DNA of 63,034 nucleotides, filler included, from Octopus bimaculoides (Eukaryota): assembly GCF_001194135.2 (NCBI RefSeq). It is 4 parts of 3 records of this genome, joined end to end, with 100 filler letters (N's around TTAATTAATTAA, not from the genome) between each part and the next. Parts side by side here need not be neighbours in the genome. Positions count along the whole stretch, not along the records: positions 10,539 to 42,406 come from NC_068981.1; 3 more parts are not named here. One strand, given 5' to 3'. The position numbers were made by a program, and so were the translations under genes. The stretch's first letter is position 1. The number at the start of each line of letters is the position of its first letter. A model generated the notes under the pieces. That model searched no databases and was not told where the DNA came from. It saw nothing but the letters and a program-made list of their open reading frames with translations. Positions 25,811 to 40,064 of this stretch are shown here, piece after piece.

Positions 25811-27278
25811 TTATATTAGTGCAAGAGAAACATGTTGACAACTTGATGTTTACTTCAGTCTCACTATCCTAGTTAATTTTCCTATAAGCACTCCACCTTC
25901 AATGCATACGATACCAAACATCATTGACGCTGCTGATTAGTAACATTGTCATTTAGGCTGTTGACAGTAATGCTGCCGCTGCTGCTGCTGCTGCTGAAGA
26001 TGATGATGACGATCCTGATGTTGATCGTGATGACTATTCTACTAGTGCTCCCGGTACCACAATTACTGTCATTTCTACTACTACAATCTCTCCAAGTATT
26101 GCTGTCGCTATTACTACGTCACTGATTGCTGATTTATTGCTTCTGCTTTTCTGCAGTAATTCTTACTAGCACGATATCACTTCCAGTTTTTCAGAAGCTA
26201 CATAATTTAAAAACTGTTGAGACTAGAGTAACTGTTGATACTGTTATTGAATGTAGGCAAACTAGCCGAGACTACAATACGTCTCACAAATATTATAATA
26301 TATTTACTTTCATTCCCTGACGCTCTGATTTCAAATCTTACCGAGTTCAATGCTGCTGTCTACCTCTGTGTTCAAAGCGTATAATGTGTGGAAAGAGAAC
26401 CTGTGAGACTTCTTTCCTATATCCAAATGAAGAAATGGAGGAAATTTAAACGATTAATTCTCTCCAGTGACCAAAATTTGTCTTTGTGTCTGTGTAAGAA
26501 ATTATCAAGTACAGTGAGTTGGACGTTAGTTGCTACAGTGATGCACAAAAATGTGGTGTCGTACTTTACTGGCTCGAATTCTGCTTAGCTCAACTTTACC
26601 TGCAGCACTATGAATTATGATCTCAAACTAGCACTAGGTCGATGATTATGATTACACTTTTCTCTTCGAAATTACTAGTCTAAAGATTAGAAGCAATGAC
26701 GTCTACTACAGAGTCATTACAATTTTGTAAAAAAGAAAAGAGTATTTCTAGTTTAATCACATAAAGTATCAATGAAGTACAGAGGTTAATTATATTGACT
26801 AGCAGCCTCCATTGCTGGAACTGTTGCTTAAATTAGAAAAGGATAACGGTAAGTAAGTAGAATATTAAGAGATTTAAAAAAAAAAAAAATGTTGCTCTTC
26901 ATTCAGCATTTTATATTATGATTTTAAATCACACCAGGTCAACTTTGCCTTCATCCTTTCACAGCTGATAGGATAAAGTACCATTTACACAATGGGGCGT
27001 TTGCATCGACTAACCCATTTCCGCACAATAGCTGGACTTGTGCCTATATTACGAATAAGTAATAACAGTAGTAAGGAAAATAGTAGTAGTAGTAGTAGTA
27101 ATGGTGGTGGTGGTGGTGGTGGTTGTGGTAGTGGTGGTGGTGGTGGTAGTGGTAGCGGTGGTGTTGGTATTGGTGGTGGTTGAATTTCTACGTTTCTAAT
27201 TTTCAATGCAATCCACTACTACTACTACTACTACAAATACTACTACTACTACTGCTGCTGCTGCTACTACCACTACTT

Positions 27279-27325
<47 letters not shown>

Positions 27326-27338
27326 GATGCTGCTGCTG

Positions 27339-27397
<59 letters not shown>

Positions 27398-27987
27398 GTA
27401 GTCTATTCTTATTTGTGACGATGCTCTTGCTGATAATTATATTGAGGATAATATTGTAAACATTGTAAATATTGTTCAGCGTTTATTTTCACATTTTTTT
27501 TCCAAGTGTAAAGAATATTTTAAAAAGCGGATGCTTTAGTCTCTTCTTTCAAAATATTAAAAAGAAATTCTAATCCAGGGTAAACAGTAGTTCCAAGGCA
27601 GATCATTTACCAAACAAAAGCATGAAAAAGTCATCATCATATTTTTTATTTTATCTTTTAATAGAGTTTTTTATATTTTCTCTCGTTTCTTAGAGACAAT
27701 GCTTCGTAGAAAGAACAATTATAGCTAATCTTTACTTTAAAAGAAATCTCTACTCAGTTATGCTGCAGTTTTATTTTTTTTATTTATTGATTGGTGTATT
27801 AAGAATGAACAATAATTTTGTTTCTTTTCATATTGTTTCTTTTTTTTTTTGTAATTTTTCGACAAATTTTTCCAGCAAATTTAGCTTTTTGTTTGCTTTA
27901 ATTTTCGGGTCTTTCTAAATTTATCTTCTTACGCATCTTTCAATCTCTCTCTTTCTCCCTCTCTCCCTCTCACTTTCTGTATCTCTT

Positions 27988-28018
<31 letters not shown>

Positions 28019-28887
28019 ATGTCTTTTTCTCTCTCTTTATTTTTTAACTTTTTCCTCTTTTCAAAGACTTTCACTAAGATATTTCAAATATTGTAGCTGA
28101 AACTTTCTTTATTAGAAACGAAGTGTTCTAGTATTCGAGCTGTTGAATTATAAAATCACGTGTCAGGAATCTGAATATGCTGAAGGCTTTCTGATGAATT
28201 TTTCAGCAAAACATGTTACTCTGTCTAACCTCTCTATCACACCACTAAATGCATGTAATATTGTTTTATCTATGCGTGTCATACGCATGGGTTGGGAGAT
28301 AGATTACCAGATAAAGTGTTTGATAAAATACATCAAGGTGTTTAGTTCTTCGTGGAAACATTGTCTTTCATCGCTCTCGAGTCAATATATTAAGCACTAC
28401 CGTAACCAAAATGCTATGTGTGGCCGCAACAATAGGACTGGTCAACTTTTACGAGGTAACACTGAACCTTGAAACAACAAGCGGTTGGCGCGTGTATATG
28501 AACAAAATGTTATAGTAGGATATCATACGAGAAGCCTATGCCACAAATTCCTTAGTTATTGAAAAAAGAGAAAAAATAAAACGAGAAATCCGGCCGCACT
28601 TCACAAACATCCCACCTGTAGTCTTATTAAATTTACAAGAGTATTAGGTCTCGTGAAATAAAAAAAAAAGATAACGGCAAAAATCAAAACATCTCAACGA
28701 TGATGTAAGTAACAAGGTAAGGAACTACCATTTTCTTTCAGCAGATTTCGGTCCTATTCTGTGAATGACTTACATAATTGGTTCGTTTCAATGACTACAA
28801 ACACGTGTTTCTTAGTGATGTTAGATTCTGATTTGCAATTATCTGAATGGGCACTGCTGTGGCATGGAACAACTATCTACCTGTCTG

Positions 28888-28936
<49 letters not shown>

Positions 28937-29007
28937 CAGAAGCAAAAGGAAATGGAGATTGGGAAGTGAATAAATGCTTATTATTAACAGCAAATTAATC
29001 ATCATTC

Positions 29008-29303
29008 CTTACAGTTGTTTCAGTTAATACCCCAAGAATATTAAGTAAATGTTAAATATATGTGACCTTAGTGTAATATCTTCAGATGGAACAAATATAC
29101 CCTTGGAATGTGAGATGAAGTGTTTTGTTCAAGAACACAACGGTCCTTCCNNNNNNNNNNCTTACAGTTGTTTCAGTTAATACCCCAAGAATATTAAGTA
29201 AATGTTAAATATATGTGACCTTAGTGTAATATCTTCAGATGGAACAAATATACCCTTGGAATGTGAGATGAAGTGTTTTGTTCAAGAACACAACGGTCCT
29301 TCC
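29008..29303. other. 143-bp exact duplication across a 10-N gap (29008-29150 = 29161-29303), probably an unmerged contig overlap
   Basis: Identical sequence on both sides of a fixed 10-N spacer. Confidence 0.85.
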
Positions 29304-29371
29304 AGTCCGAGAATTGAGACCACGATTTCGCGGTCATAAATCCAGCAAACTAAACAGTAGGTCATGCACCT
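29255..29371 (-). mobile_element. tRNA-derived SINE family C, head fragment
   Basis: Minus strand reads GGTGCATGACCTACTGTTTAG...GGTCTCAATTCTCGG...GTTGTGTTCTTGAACAAAACACTT: tRNA-like boxes plus a V/CORE-like block. Confidence 0.55.
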
Positions 29372-30176
29372 AATTACCCATTCTAAAATTTATACTACCG
29401 TCCTTAAAAAAGCAAACCTTTCTTTATCTCAATCCCGTATTTATGTTTCTCCATACCTTGTATTATATTTTTTAATTCATTTTTTAAATATTTTTATTAC
29501 ATGTTCTCTTTTTTATCAAATGGATTATTAATTACCGCATAATGGTGAACCATATCTTCATGATAAAATCAGGTTTTCTTAATTCTTTGAAAGTGTTTGA
29601 TTCTCCTCAATATCTAGTCAACAACACTATCCCCGCTTTCTCAGTACGCTCTATATATGGTAATTCTAGTATTAGAAAGGATGAGGTCTGCGGAATTCAT
29701 ATATTGTCTGAGACTATAAAATAAAATATATTTACAAATTTGTTATAGAGATTGGTGTTTTCTGATGTGGAGTCTGGACGTTACGCTGCATATATTTATA
29801 TAAGTATAACAAGTGAAGTGTCGCTTATGTAACAGGTCGTTTACATTACAGGTATTAAATAGAATAAACATCTCTTTTCTTAAATTACTTCCCCAATTGA
29901 TTGATTTATATATGTATATGCATATATNNNNNNNNNNNNNNNNNNNNNNNNNNNNNNNNNNNNNNNNNNNNNNNNNNNNNNNNNNNNNNNNNNNNNNNNN
30001 NNNNNNNNNNNNNNNNNNNNNNNNNNNNNNNNNNNNNNNNNNNNNNNNNNNNNNNNNNNNNNNNNNNNNNNNNNNNNNNNNNNNNNNNNNNNNNNNNNNN
30101 NNNNNNNNNNNNNNNNNNNNNNNNNNNNNNNNNNNNNNNNNNNNNNNNNNNNNNNNNATATATATATATGAATGTG

Positions 30177-30211
<35 letters not shown>

Positions 30212-30522
30212 ATGTGTATATGTATACATATATGTATAAAGTGAGAGAGAGAGGGAGTGATAGGGAGGGTGAGAGAAAGAAATGCTAATAATATTGATAT
30301 AATGCTTTCAAATAAATGCATTTTGAATAATCCTTTCAAGTTCTGTAGGAAAATGTAATCTCTTCGTTTATTTGGTTTCAAAATCTTATTGATAGCATTT
30401 AATTTAAAATGCATTGCAAATGGATTTCTGATGCACTGAAAGGAAAGCGATATATGAAACATCACTGTTGTCTGTATCATATATTTCAATCTACTAAATT
30501 TAACAATATCGTTTAACTTTAC

Positions 30523-30572
30523 ATGATGTTTTAAAATATGATGTTTTAAAATATGATGTTTTAAAATATGAT
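30523..30572 (+). repeat. 15-bp tandem repeat (ATGATGTTTTAAAAT) x3.3
   Basis: Read directly. Confidence 0.95.
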
Positions 30573-31946
30573 TTACTTATAAAATGTGTCCTTAATTTAT
30601 GAAAACTTTACTCATTAGAAAATGGCCCTTATAATCATAACGCGAAAAAAATCAAAAAAACACCTAAAAGTCTTCATCTCCGTATCTCCTTTTTTGCTGG
30701 GCGTCTGTGTTTCTCATCATATAGTCAGTCGTCTGGCATGTCATCCCATCAAATTATACGATTTACTTTGTTTCTGCTTTTCTGCTCATAGATGTTCCTC
30801 CTCTCGAAAAATTCTTTGCGACGTTGTGATATCAGAATAATTGATATCGACAAAGTATGTATTGCACGTTACTTTCTTCGAAAGATTTTTTTAATATCAC
30901 ATGTGATGCGTCAGTAGATAAAATATTTCTCAAATCGTTATGATATTGTAAGATCTAAGTGAAATTTTAGCATTATCTTGGCACAGAAATTCAGCTATAT
31001 AAAGATATTACCTCCGCAATGAAAACGAAATTGAATTAGACATGAAATAAATCATACGCTCGTAACCCTTAATTTATTAAAGAATTAGCCACCTAAAAGT
31101 TTACACACTTGGAATTATAATCGTATGATATCTTGAATATTATTTTGATTTTCTGCAAAGTCGAGTGAAAATAAATAATTGAAATGCTTGCTGGAATATG
31201 TGGAGAATAAGCATTTTCATACTCCAATTAACAGATTGTAATTTACTGAGCTAGTTTATTATTTAGATAATTTATTGAGACATACTTCATTAGCAGCTTC
31301 ACATTTAATGCATATATTAGAAAATTACGAATAATTACTCATTGAAAGAAAATTAATTCACATTTCCTTAAGTAAACACTGTTAGCGCGTTATAGTCGTA
31401 CCAAATAGGATGATGTAATTTAATATGGGAAAATGTATTGGAAAAGGATTAGCGCATAAGTGAACTGCAATAATACATATAAAGAAAATCAGGAACTCAG
31501 GAAGATGTATAACAAGTCATTTTAACACGAAGATATGACACTTATTTACGCCCCAGTAGGAAACTGGTAAATTTGACATCCTACAATAAATAGATATGAA
31601 TTTGCACATAGCACGGAGGCACACAAGCACAGACAGCAGGGTTCAACTACCTCTTCCTATCTGCCAGGGTAGTGATAGTATTAGTACATAACGTTCGGGT
31701 TTAAAAAGAAAATGCAAAAATCTTCGCCTGATATATTTTTCCCTTTCCAATTTCACGCTAAAATCTGTCGTCACAAAACAACATGGGAATTATTAACTTT
31801 TCAGCCGCTTGGAAAGCAACTCTGCTTAATTACTGCTCACACTGAAGGATTCATCTAAATCAATCATTAAAACATTAGTCCCTTATATGGTGTGCTACAG
31901 ATTTAGGAAATCACAAATAAGTAGTGCTACAAGTATAGTGAAGGAT

Positions 31947-32029
<83 letters not shown>

Positions 32030-33308
32030 TGTGCGTGTGTGTGAGTGCACGTGTATGCTAGTTGCGTGCAGTGTATTTGTATATTATGCGCACCACGGAT
32101 AACATAAAAATACGCTAATCGCAACCAGCATACACACACTCTCTCACACACACACTGTGCCAATTTTTATACTCTGCTGCCTTCAAAGGCCTCATCTTCT
32201 ATCTTTCTCCCAAGATCGAACTTTGCTTAGGAGAGACAATCATAATATCGCAGCATCCACTCGGATAATACCAATGTTGGTTTTTGACTTCTAATTTAGT
32301 TTAAAAGTATACATACATAATACAAATACCACATAATAAGAAACCCATAAAATGACTTATTTTATAACTATCAATGTTGCTCAGTCTTTCACAGATCTCG
32401 ATATAAATTACCTGACATCTCGGGATCCAGAATAAACCTCTCTACCGTCATACTTCACATAAAAAACATATTTTATATCAATACCTCTTAATAAAAAAAA
32501 TAAAAAGTTAAAAGCGAATTTCAATTTAAACAATTAGTTGTTTTTCGTTTTATCAACATGTTTGGAACGGCAAACTAAATGCACTGTATTTGGTTAATAC
32601 ATTTGAGCATTTGCAAATACAGGAGTATGAAAGATAAGGTAAACTTTCCTCTACTGCAAATTCAGATATTGTAAATATCTAATTCTGTACGAGATGCACC
32701 TGGAGAGCCTATGAATGTTCCTTCTGAAAAGTATGTTCATAACAATTAATAGGAAATAGACTCCTCATCTATGATTGGAAGCCTCGAGGTCTCCAAACAT
32801 TATAAATAATATACATAACACTCTTTATAAGACGTATTATCTATTCATCTTTTATGAATCCGCATAGCTGCATGCGAAGTATAATTCTTTCGTTTTTGCG
32901 ATGAGAAAATAGCCTAATTATTTAAGCAAATATTTAGTCATCTTGATGGATTATAGTAACGACAGCTAAATTTTATAAGTGGATTATACAAACCAAAAAA
33001 TTAATTGTCAGCATATATGTACATAATTCACACATGTAAACATTGAATATGTAACCAATCGCTGCTAAACACTCATCCCGTTTAATCAACGCTATTGATT
33101 TAAACTATCACTAAATAACAAACATAAAACATGCTGGAATCATGTATATTTACACAATAAAACCATATAATTTTCGTTTACTCCAATTACCACACAGTCA
33201 TCTAACTCCGTTTGCCATTTATTTCTATATCTCCCACATAACATGCTTATGTAAAAACAAAATTTAATAAAAAAACAAAGCCAGTTAAATTAAGTAAAAT
33301 GTATATTT

Positions 33309-33365
33309 ACATACCAATAGTAAATTCTTTATGATTCTTACCTGGAAAGACAAAAGAAATAAAAA
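33309..33365 (-). other. Abutting 3' and 5' splice signals (recursive splice site candidate) with a 27-nt cryptic exon or microexon at 33341-33315
   Basis: Minus strand: TTTTTATTTCTTTTGTCTTTCCAG|GTAAGAATCATAAAGAATTTACTATTG|GTATGT, in unique AT-rich DNA. Confidence 0.55.
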
Positions 33366-33744
33366 CTGTATTTAATATATTTGGCAACGTATAAATATTG
33401 ACTTAACATTGTAAAGTAAAAACAAAAATAATCGGTGTATTCCTCTCAAAATCCCACATTTCCAATATACAACGTATAAAATGCATTTTTTTTTTTTTAC
33501 ATATGCGACCCATGGAACGCAATTATGTGCTTAATAATTTTGTCTTAGCTGCTATTGACAGCCTATTTTCTTCACAAAAATGATCGATAAAATTCTGTTT
33601 CTTTACTATATCGCACAAAGAAAACAATAGAGTGCAAATACCCTCTGCTCTGGGATTCCTGAAAATACAGCCCCACACTTCTCGGCAAAAAATAAANNNN
33701 NNNNNNATATAACATATATACATACACATGTATGTGTGTGTGTA

Positions 33745-33793
<49 letters not shown>

Positions 33794-34229
33794 GTATGTG
33801 TGTGCGTGACTGTCTGTGTGTACACAAATACAGGAGGAAGATTATAATGAGATGTTTGATTAGGTAACTCTCCGCACTATTAAACCGTAGGTTAATTTAT
33901 GCACATCTGAAGTATTTCATCACATATTTTTAGACAATACTATAATTATTTTAAATTCAAGTGAACTTAGCTAACAGAATCTTCCGTGTTCAAGTTCAAT
34001 CGAGGTCAATTTTGATTTTCATCCTTACGCGATCGATAAAAAATAACCAGTCAAGCACTGGTATCGATATAAAATATCATCGAATAACCATTCTCCCTCT
34101 CTAAATTTCAGGCATTTTGCCTGAGAGAAAATTATGCGAAAGAGATACCTTCCTCTTCTTCCTGCTACTATTCCACGAACAACTCGTACGCCTTAAAAGT
34201 GAATCTGGACATTCTGCATCTGGCAAACT

Positions 34230-34500
34230 TTCTTAAATACCAATCTTAAAAATGTTTGGACAGCCAGAAGTTCGCTTATTGCATGCAGTGTAAGTGGCCC
34301 ACACGGATATTACCGAATCCAAAATTTCATATCTGGTATTCAGTAGTGTTGTGGAATACTTAGACCTATGTAGAACATACGATATTTCAGCTACACATGA
34401 TTTGCATTTCTTTGGCTCATTAACATATGACATGATTTTCCCTACGATCCTCCACTTGCAATTGTACGTAGGACGCACACCACACACAGACATATAACAT
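34230..34500 (-). mobile_element. Penelope-like element, C-terminal GIY-YIG tail fragment
   Basis: YNCKWRIVGKIMSYVNEPKKCKSCVAEISYVL...LLNTRYEI fits the W..L...CxLC..EK...LN.R.E C-terminal motif of invertebrate PLEs. Confidence 0.6.
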
Positions 34501-34517
34501 CATTTTATCAATTACAA

Positions 34518-34620
34518 CAAATACATGTATGTGGACAAACATGTGGACAATTATACCAAATGCAAACATTTGGACAAACATGTGGATAATTACACCAAAT
34601 ACAAACATGTGGACCAATTA
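34518..34620 (+). repeat. Short imperfect tandem repeat built from ACAAACATGTGG modules
   Basis: CAAACAT(G/T)TGGA occurs 4 times within 100 bp. Confidence 0.7.
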
Positions 34621-35327
34621 CTTTTGGCTTGCGGACACCACTCTCTCTGTATTGCGCAACTGCTTCGCAGACTTGGTCTTTTCTCCGTTGAATTATTGTA
34701 AAACAACTATCTTAATTATGGCTTTACCTGTAAAGCACTAAATTTGATGTGTACGACTATATTTATATGGATGCCATTCCACCCATGTTTCAAGAAGTTA
34801 TTTCAAGACAATCATAATCTATCCATCGCCCGTTCCTTGCAAATTTATACAATACCGAGTGGATAATTACATTCCATAGTATCGGAATCAATAAAAATAT
34901 CTGCCAGTCATGTAATGTCGTTGATTTAATCCTCGTTTTAATTTTTATAAAAATCAATATTTCGTTAATAAAGATAAAATATTATAAATATCATTCAGCG
35001 CAAGTTTTTTATCACATACTTCTACACACATTCATTACTTAATATTCAAATACAGTGGCATACTCGAGAGTTCTGACCGTTACTAGATGCACAATCAGTG
35101 CCATATAAATGATTTCAGCTTCTGTTTTTCAGTGTTTGATTGTTCACGGTCTATCGATTCTTGATATTGTTCTTATCACTGCATTCTGTCTTCCATAGAA
35201 TATTCAAATCTGCGAGAAGATCTTATTCTGATGTCTTAAATCAACATAGCATGACGTTAATATTACAAAATCTGTTCTCCGTACATCTGTACAGAAATGC
35301 ATACCTGCATATTGTCATAGAAGTATA

Positions 35328-36851
35328 GAGTAGAGGCCATAATGTAAGGATCAGTAAGAACAAGTGTATTGAAATATTTATTATAGAAGATTAACAAAAC
35401 GTTGAGACTAGATATTTTACACATATTTAGATTTATCTAATATCTATCTTTCATGATTGGAATAAATATTTCGTAAGTTATGAGATAAACAAATTATCTT
35501 CCAAACTGCAACGGCCAGAATTTCAGAGTCACTTAGAAAATCAATGAAAAATGGAACAAGAACAAAAACGGTACTCTTAGTATTAATATTTTGTGAACAT
35601 CTCTTTACTATCAATGACTTCCTGACATCCGTTACCACAGGACTGAACTAATTTCTTGCAAAACTATGGAGTAATACTGTTCCATTTGTTTTTCAATAAT
35701 TCCAAGTGTTCAACTTGGTTCTTTGGATTACTCCTTCGCGGTCCATCTTCACAAATATTCCAAATGTTTTCAATAAGTTTGAAATCAGGATTTTCAGGTG
35801 GCTTGTCCATGAAATCAACCCCTTAATTACTCAAAAAATCTTTGACTCTCTTCGCAGGTGCGATAGAGTGCTTTGTGCTACAGGAAGATAAGAGGTTGAA
35901 TTGATGAGGATCGGAGATGTGGAAGGGCGTACTATCTAAGAATCGGCTTGTAGATTTCAGCATTGACAGTCTCTTGTAGGCAAATACGTGGTTAAGGTCT
36001 AGCAGCAGGGAACACACCCCATAGCATTTCACTGCCTCCTCCATATTTCAGTGTCTTCTTCATACATGCACGACATAACCTTTCGCTACTTGTTCGTCGG
36101 ACTTATGTCCCACCATCGGAACCAATCACATTAGACATTGATTCATCGCTAAAATGAACCTGCATCCACTAATCTTTTGTCCAAACCACAAGTTCGTGAA
36201 CGAAACGAATACGGGCTCTTTGATTCTTCTTGGAGATTTTTTTGTGGGTTTCTTTGCCGGTGTTCGTTGACATCGGAAGTGGAGCTTCGCGGGATATCTC
36301 AGCAGCACTCTTAAACCGGCCCTTCAGTGACATTCTAACCATAATACGAGCCTGTCTTGGTGACCTATTACGAAGTCTATTGGTTTGGGGTTTAGCATCT
36401 GTCGAGCTACAATTCGTTGCACAATACTTCTAGACCTTCCTACAGTAGTTGACCGTTTAGTGATGGCACGCAATCCTTTGATTTTCATTACAAGACAGAC
36501 ACGAGTCGTCTCTCACAACGCGCCACGTTGAGTGTTGAATATTCCACTAATGTAAGATCATAAGAAGTTGCTGTTAGCTTATAAACAGTCTTCTAAACAA
36601 CAAATACCTCGGTTAGTACATTTTTTTCTAAGTGGCCCTTAACTTTTAGCCCCTGTAATTTGGAAGATTGTTTCTTTCTTTCCCCATAACTTAATAAATA
36701 TTTCTTCCATTCTCTTGAAATTTTCAAGAAAGATAGATATTAAATATATATATAAATATGTGTAAAATAACTAGTCTCAACGTGTAATTCTTCTAAAATA
36801 ACTATTTCAATGGAGTTGTTCTGACTGACCCTTATATTCTGGCCGCTACAG
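35328..36851 (-). mobile_element. Full-length but dead Tc1-type transposon with IR/DR long TIRs of about 215-230 bp
   Basis: Arms 35328-35540 and 36624-36851 are reverse complements, each with outer and inner direct repeats (GGCCAGAAT..AGGGTCA..AGAA). Internal frames give VHFSDES, KYGGGS..LWG, and PENPDFKLIENIW...KEMFTKY*. Left TA intact. Confidence 0.85.
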
Positions 36852-37382
36852 TGCATACACGCGTAGATAAATGCATGCACATACAAACCTTGATCATATA
36901 TGCAAGTATGGACGATGGGGAATAGACAAAATTAATAGGAATTCGGACAAACAATTTACTATTCAATATTTACAATTATTTAGCATCTCATATTCAAAAT
37001 AAACACCCTTCAAACTCATATTATGTCAGCAATATAATTGAATGGTTTTTGTAAATATTTTCTTTGCCTTGGTTAATTTCAACCCCCAGTGCATTTTCAG
37101 GTATTCGTCATATAAGGATTTTTAATGATGTACCATGAAATTTTATATCCCAAATTTTAGCTCCTGTTTTTCCGTTTTCAGTAGCGGTAACAAAATACAA
37201 CAACAAGTACAAAAAGCTACGAGATTTCAAGCATCTTCACATCGCACCACCAATTCCAATTCCGACGATGACGAATAAATTCCCCTTGTCATCTGTGCAA
37301 CACTGGACAAGCAACTATAACACCACATAATCTTCAGTTCATAAGGAGAGGATGTGAAATGAAATCAGTAGGGAAAGAAAGC

Positions 37383-37506
<124 letters not shown>

Positions 37507-38120
37507 TGGAAAATTAATATTCACCCATAATAAAATCAAGTAGAATGAAGTAAGAATGGTGACGAAGAACGTAATTTTTCGAGAACACGTATTCTCATAA
37601 CTTCAAGCAGCAAAAGAGACATTGATAGTGGATTTGAATAGACAGCAGGGAGATAATCAAAACATATGTTGCAGGAGACAGGCTTCAGCTATGTGGCGGA
37701 CACAAGCAATATACTCCTTATTAGAACCAATTTAAGAGATTATGTGTTGTCATGGATTAATCATCAGACGAACGTGCATCTATGCCTATTCTTACACTCA
37801 CCAAAACTTAGCTATTTTTACCATCGGGATTCAAAATTAAGAGGACATTCTGCAGGAGAAATACGAACAAAAGATAGTTCATATGGAAACGTGCCGTAGG
37901 TCGTTTTGCAGCCCACACTGTTTACGTTATTTTTCACTAATTTTATTTATTTTATTTTAAACAGTATTTTGTTGTAACAAATTTCTCTTACCATACAGTA
38001 ATATTAAGCCATGTTCATATATCTACGAACATCCCTATAATTCCGATTTGTAAAGCTTTGTTGCATGTATTAATAGCCGCTGGTGGTATAGAATGTACTC
38101 TGTTTTTCTTCTTTTGCATT

Positions 38121-38173
<53 letters not shown>

Positions 38174-38254
38174 TGTTATTTTTTATTTATCACAGGTTTT
38201 GCTGGAGCTACTGGAGTCTTGAATGCATAGCGGGCTTACTACCTGCAGCCTACG

Positions 38255-38286
<32 letters not shown>

Positions 38287-38301
38287 TTCATCATCGTCAT
38301 A

Positions 38302-38425
38302 GGTGTTGAGCTGGCAGAAGCGTTAGCTCGCTGGAAGAAATGCTTAGCGGTATTTGCTACGTCCTGAGTTCAAATTCCGACGAGGTCAACTTTACTTTTT
38401 ATCTTTTCGGGGATCGATAAATTAA
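38302..38425 (+). mobile_element. SINE family B, 5' part
   Basis: GAGCTGGCAGAAGCGTTAGC...GAGTTCAAATTCCGACGAGGTCAAC...GATCGATAAATTAAG. Confidence 0.75.
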
Positions 38426-40003
38426 GAACAAATACAACCACTACTAGGCAGCAAAGTCTATATTTGTTGTATCACCTTGAAATTTTTCTATGACAACTAA
38501 CACAAGATAGTTTTTGTGTTGTATGCGTACATAGTTAAGACTAAAATATGTGAAGACAAAATCATATTCAACATGAAAATATATAATCGGCAAAAAGTGC
38601 ATTAGTCATTATTAGCCGAATTTGGAAGATAAATCAGTATGATGATGCTTTATATAAATATTTATGAAAATACAAATGAAGATTTATAGGAAAGCAACGA
38701 CAGAAAAAGTAGCTCCAGGGCCATATTCATATTTATGTGTTTGTAATAAGTGACTATATTTGATACATTGTACAACAGTTATGATTTCTTCTATGTCTTC
38801 GCCTAATATATTGTCCGTGCTTACATTTACAGAAACGAAATTACTACTGGATTACTATAAATCCCCATATTAGCATTATTTGTTTCTTTATCGAGTATAC
38901 ATTTTACGAAATGGCTCGTAGACATACAATTTATAACTGCTTTGTGGTGACATTGTATTCAGGCATTGAAAAGTAGACAATGTTCGTGATAATAATCAAA
39001 TATATTTGGGTGGGGGGCAATATAAGCCACCATATTCCCAAACAGCTTTGCAACGATAATTTCAAGAAAGCATTTGCGGACTATATATTTTCATCATTTA
39101 ACCATCAGGCACTTGTCAACGTTTTATTTAATAACCTCGGCATTTATTCCATGACAAGCTTAGCATAGATAAGAATTTAAAGTTTTGTAGGTTCCTGGGT
39201 AACTTGCTATCCACATCACATCTCATTCCTTGTACAATTATTTCGTTTACAATTGAGAGAATATAGATATGTGTTAATACGTTTTCGAAAAGTAATATAA
39301 TAGCATAACTAACACTGGTTTATTCAAGTATGCGACCCGATATCTATTCCTATTTAAAGTCATTTCCCTGTGAAGTTTGGCGTATTCCCTTTTTATGACT
39401 AAATCTTGCCTTACAAAGGAAACATGTGAGACATTTTGCATCGTTACCTAATGACTGCAATAAATAGATGTGATATCATACTTAACATAGATACAAACTG
39501 TTCAGGCAAGATACCGTAAACTTAGTCCGAGATAAAATGTTATGTACATGTGTTAGATATAACGTCTATAGGAGGGAAAAAAGAAATCGACGCCACAAAG
39601 TATAAGGAGAACATCAGATTCATATCAACCTCGTTCGAAGGTGACCAAAAGATGTGCTGCAACTATATGCCTGTACAGAGTATATTATCTACTATATCCG
39701 GAAGTGGTAGTAATACTTGTAGAGATGTTGCAAATAGTTGCCGAGCTGAATTTAAATAAATCTAAAAAAACTCCTAGTTTTACATATTTGAATTAGTATT
39801 AAATTTCGAGACAGCCTGAGAACCATTCGCAATATCGCTGAATATATAGTTCCTTATTTTATACATAGCAGGCACCATATTTCGTCTGGTCATGTAGCTA
39901 CATGTGTTAGTGAGTAGTGCACGTATTCTGCAAGCCCAGAATGATTGCTCGTCTCCTACGAATATACACGCCCCCCCACTCATTCTCATACACACACACA
40001 CAC

Positions 40004-40064
<61 letters not shown>

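Noticed and set aside
26827-26860. Possible 12-nt plus-strand microexon TAG|AAAAGGATAACG|GTAAGT
   Set aside because: There is no polypyrimidine tract before the AG; only the donor is strong.
34518-34620. Repeat-spacer-like pattern suggesting a CRISPR array
   Set aside because: Units are irregular with no unique spacers, the context is eukaryotic, and no cas-like ORFs are present.
39557-39759. ORF ending ...MCCNYM...TCRDVANSCRAEFK*, with a CxD...C ShK-like start and a phase-1 AG
   Set aside because: The acceptor lacks a pyrimidine tract and the Cys pattern stops before a domain is complete.
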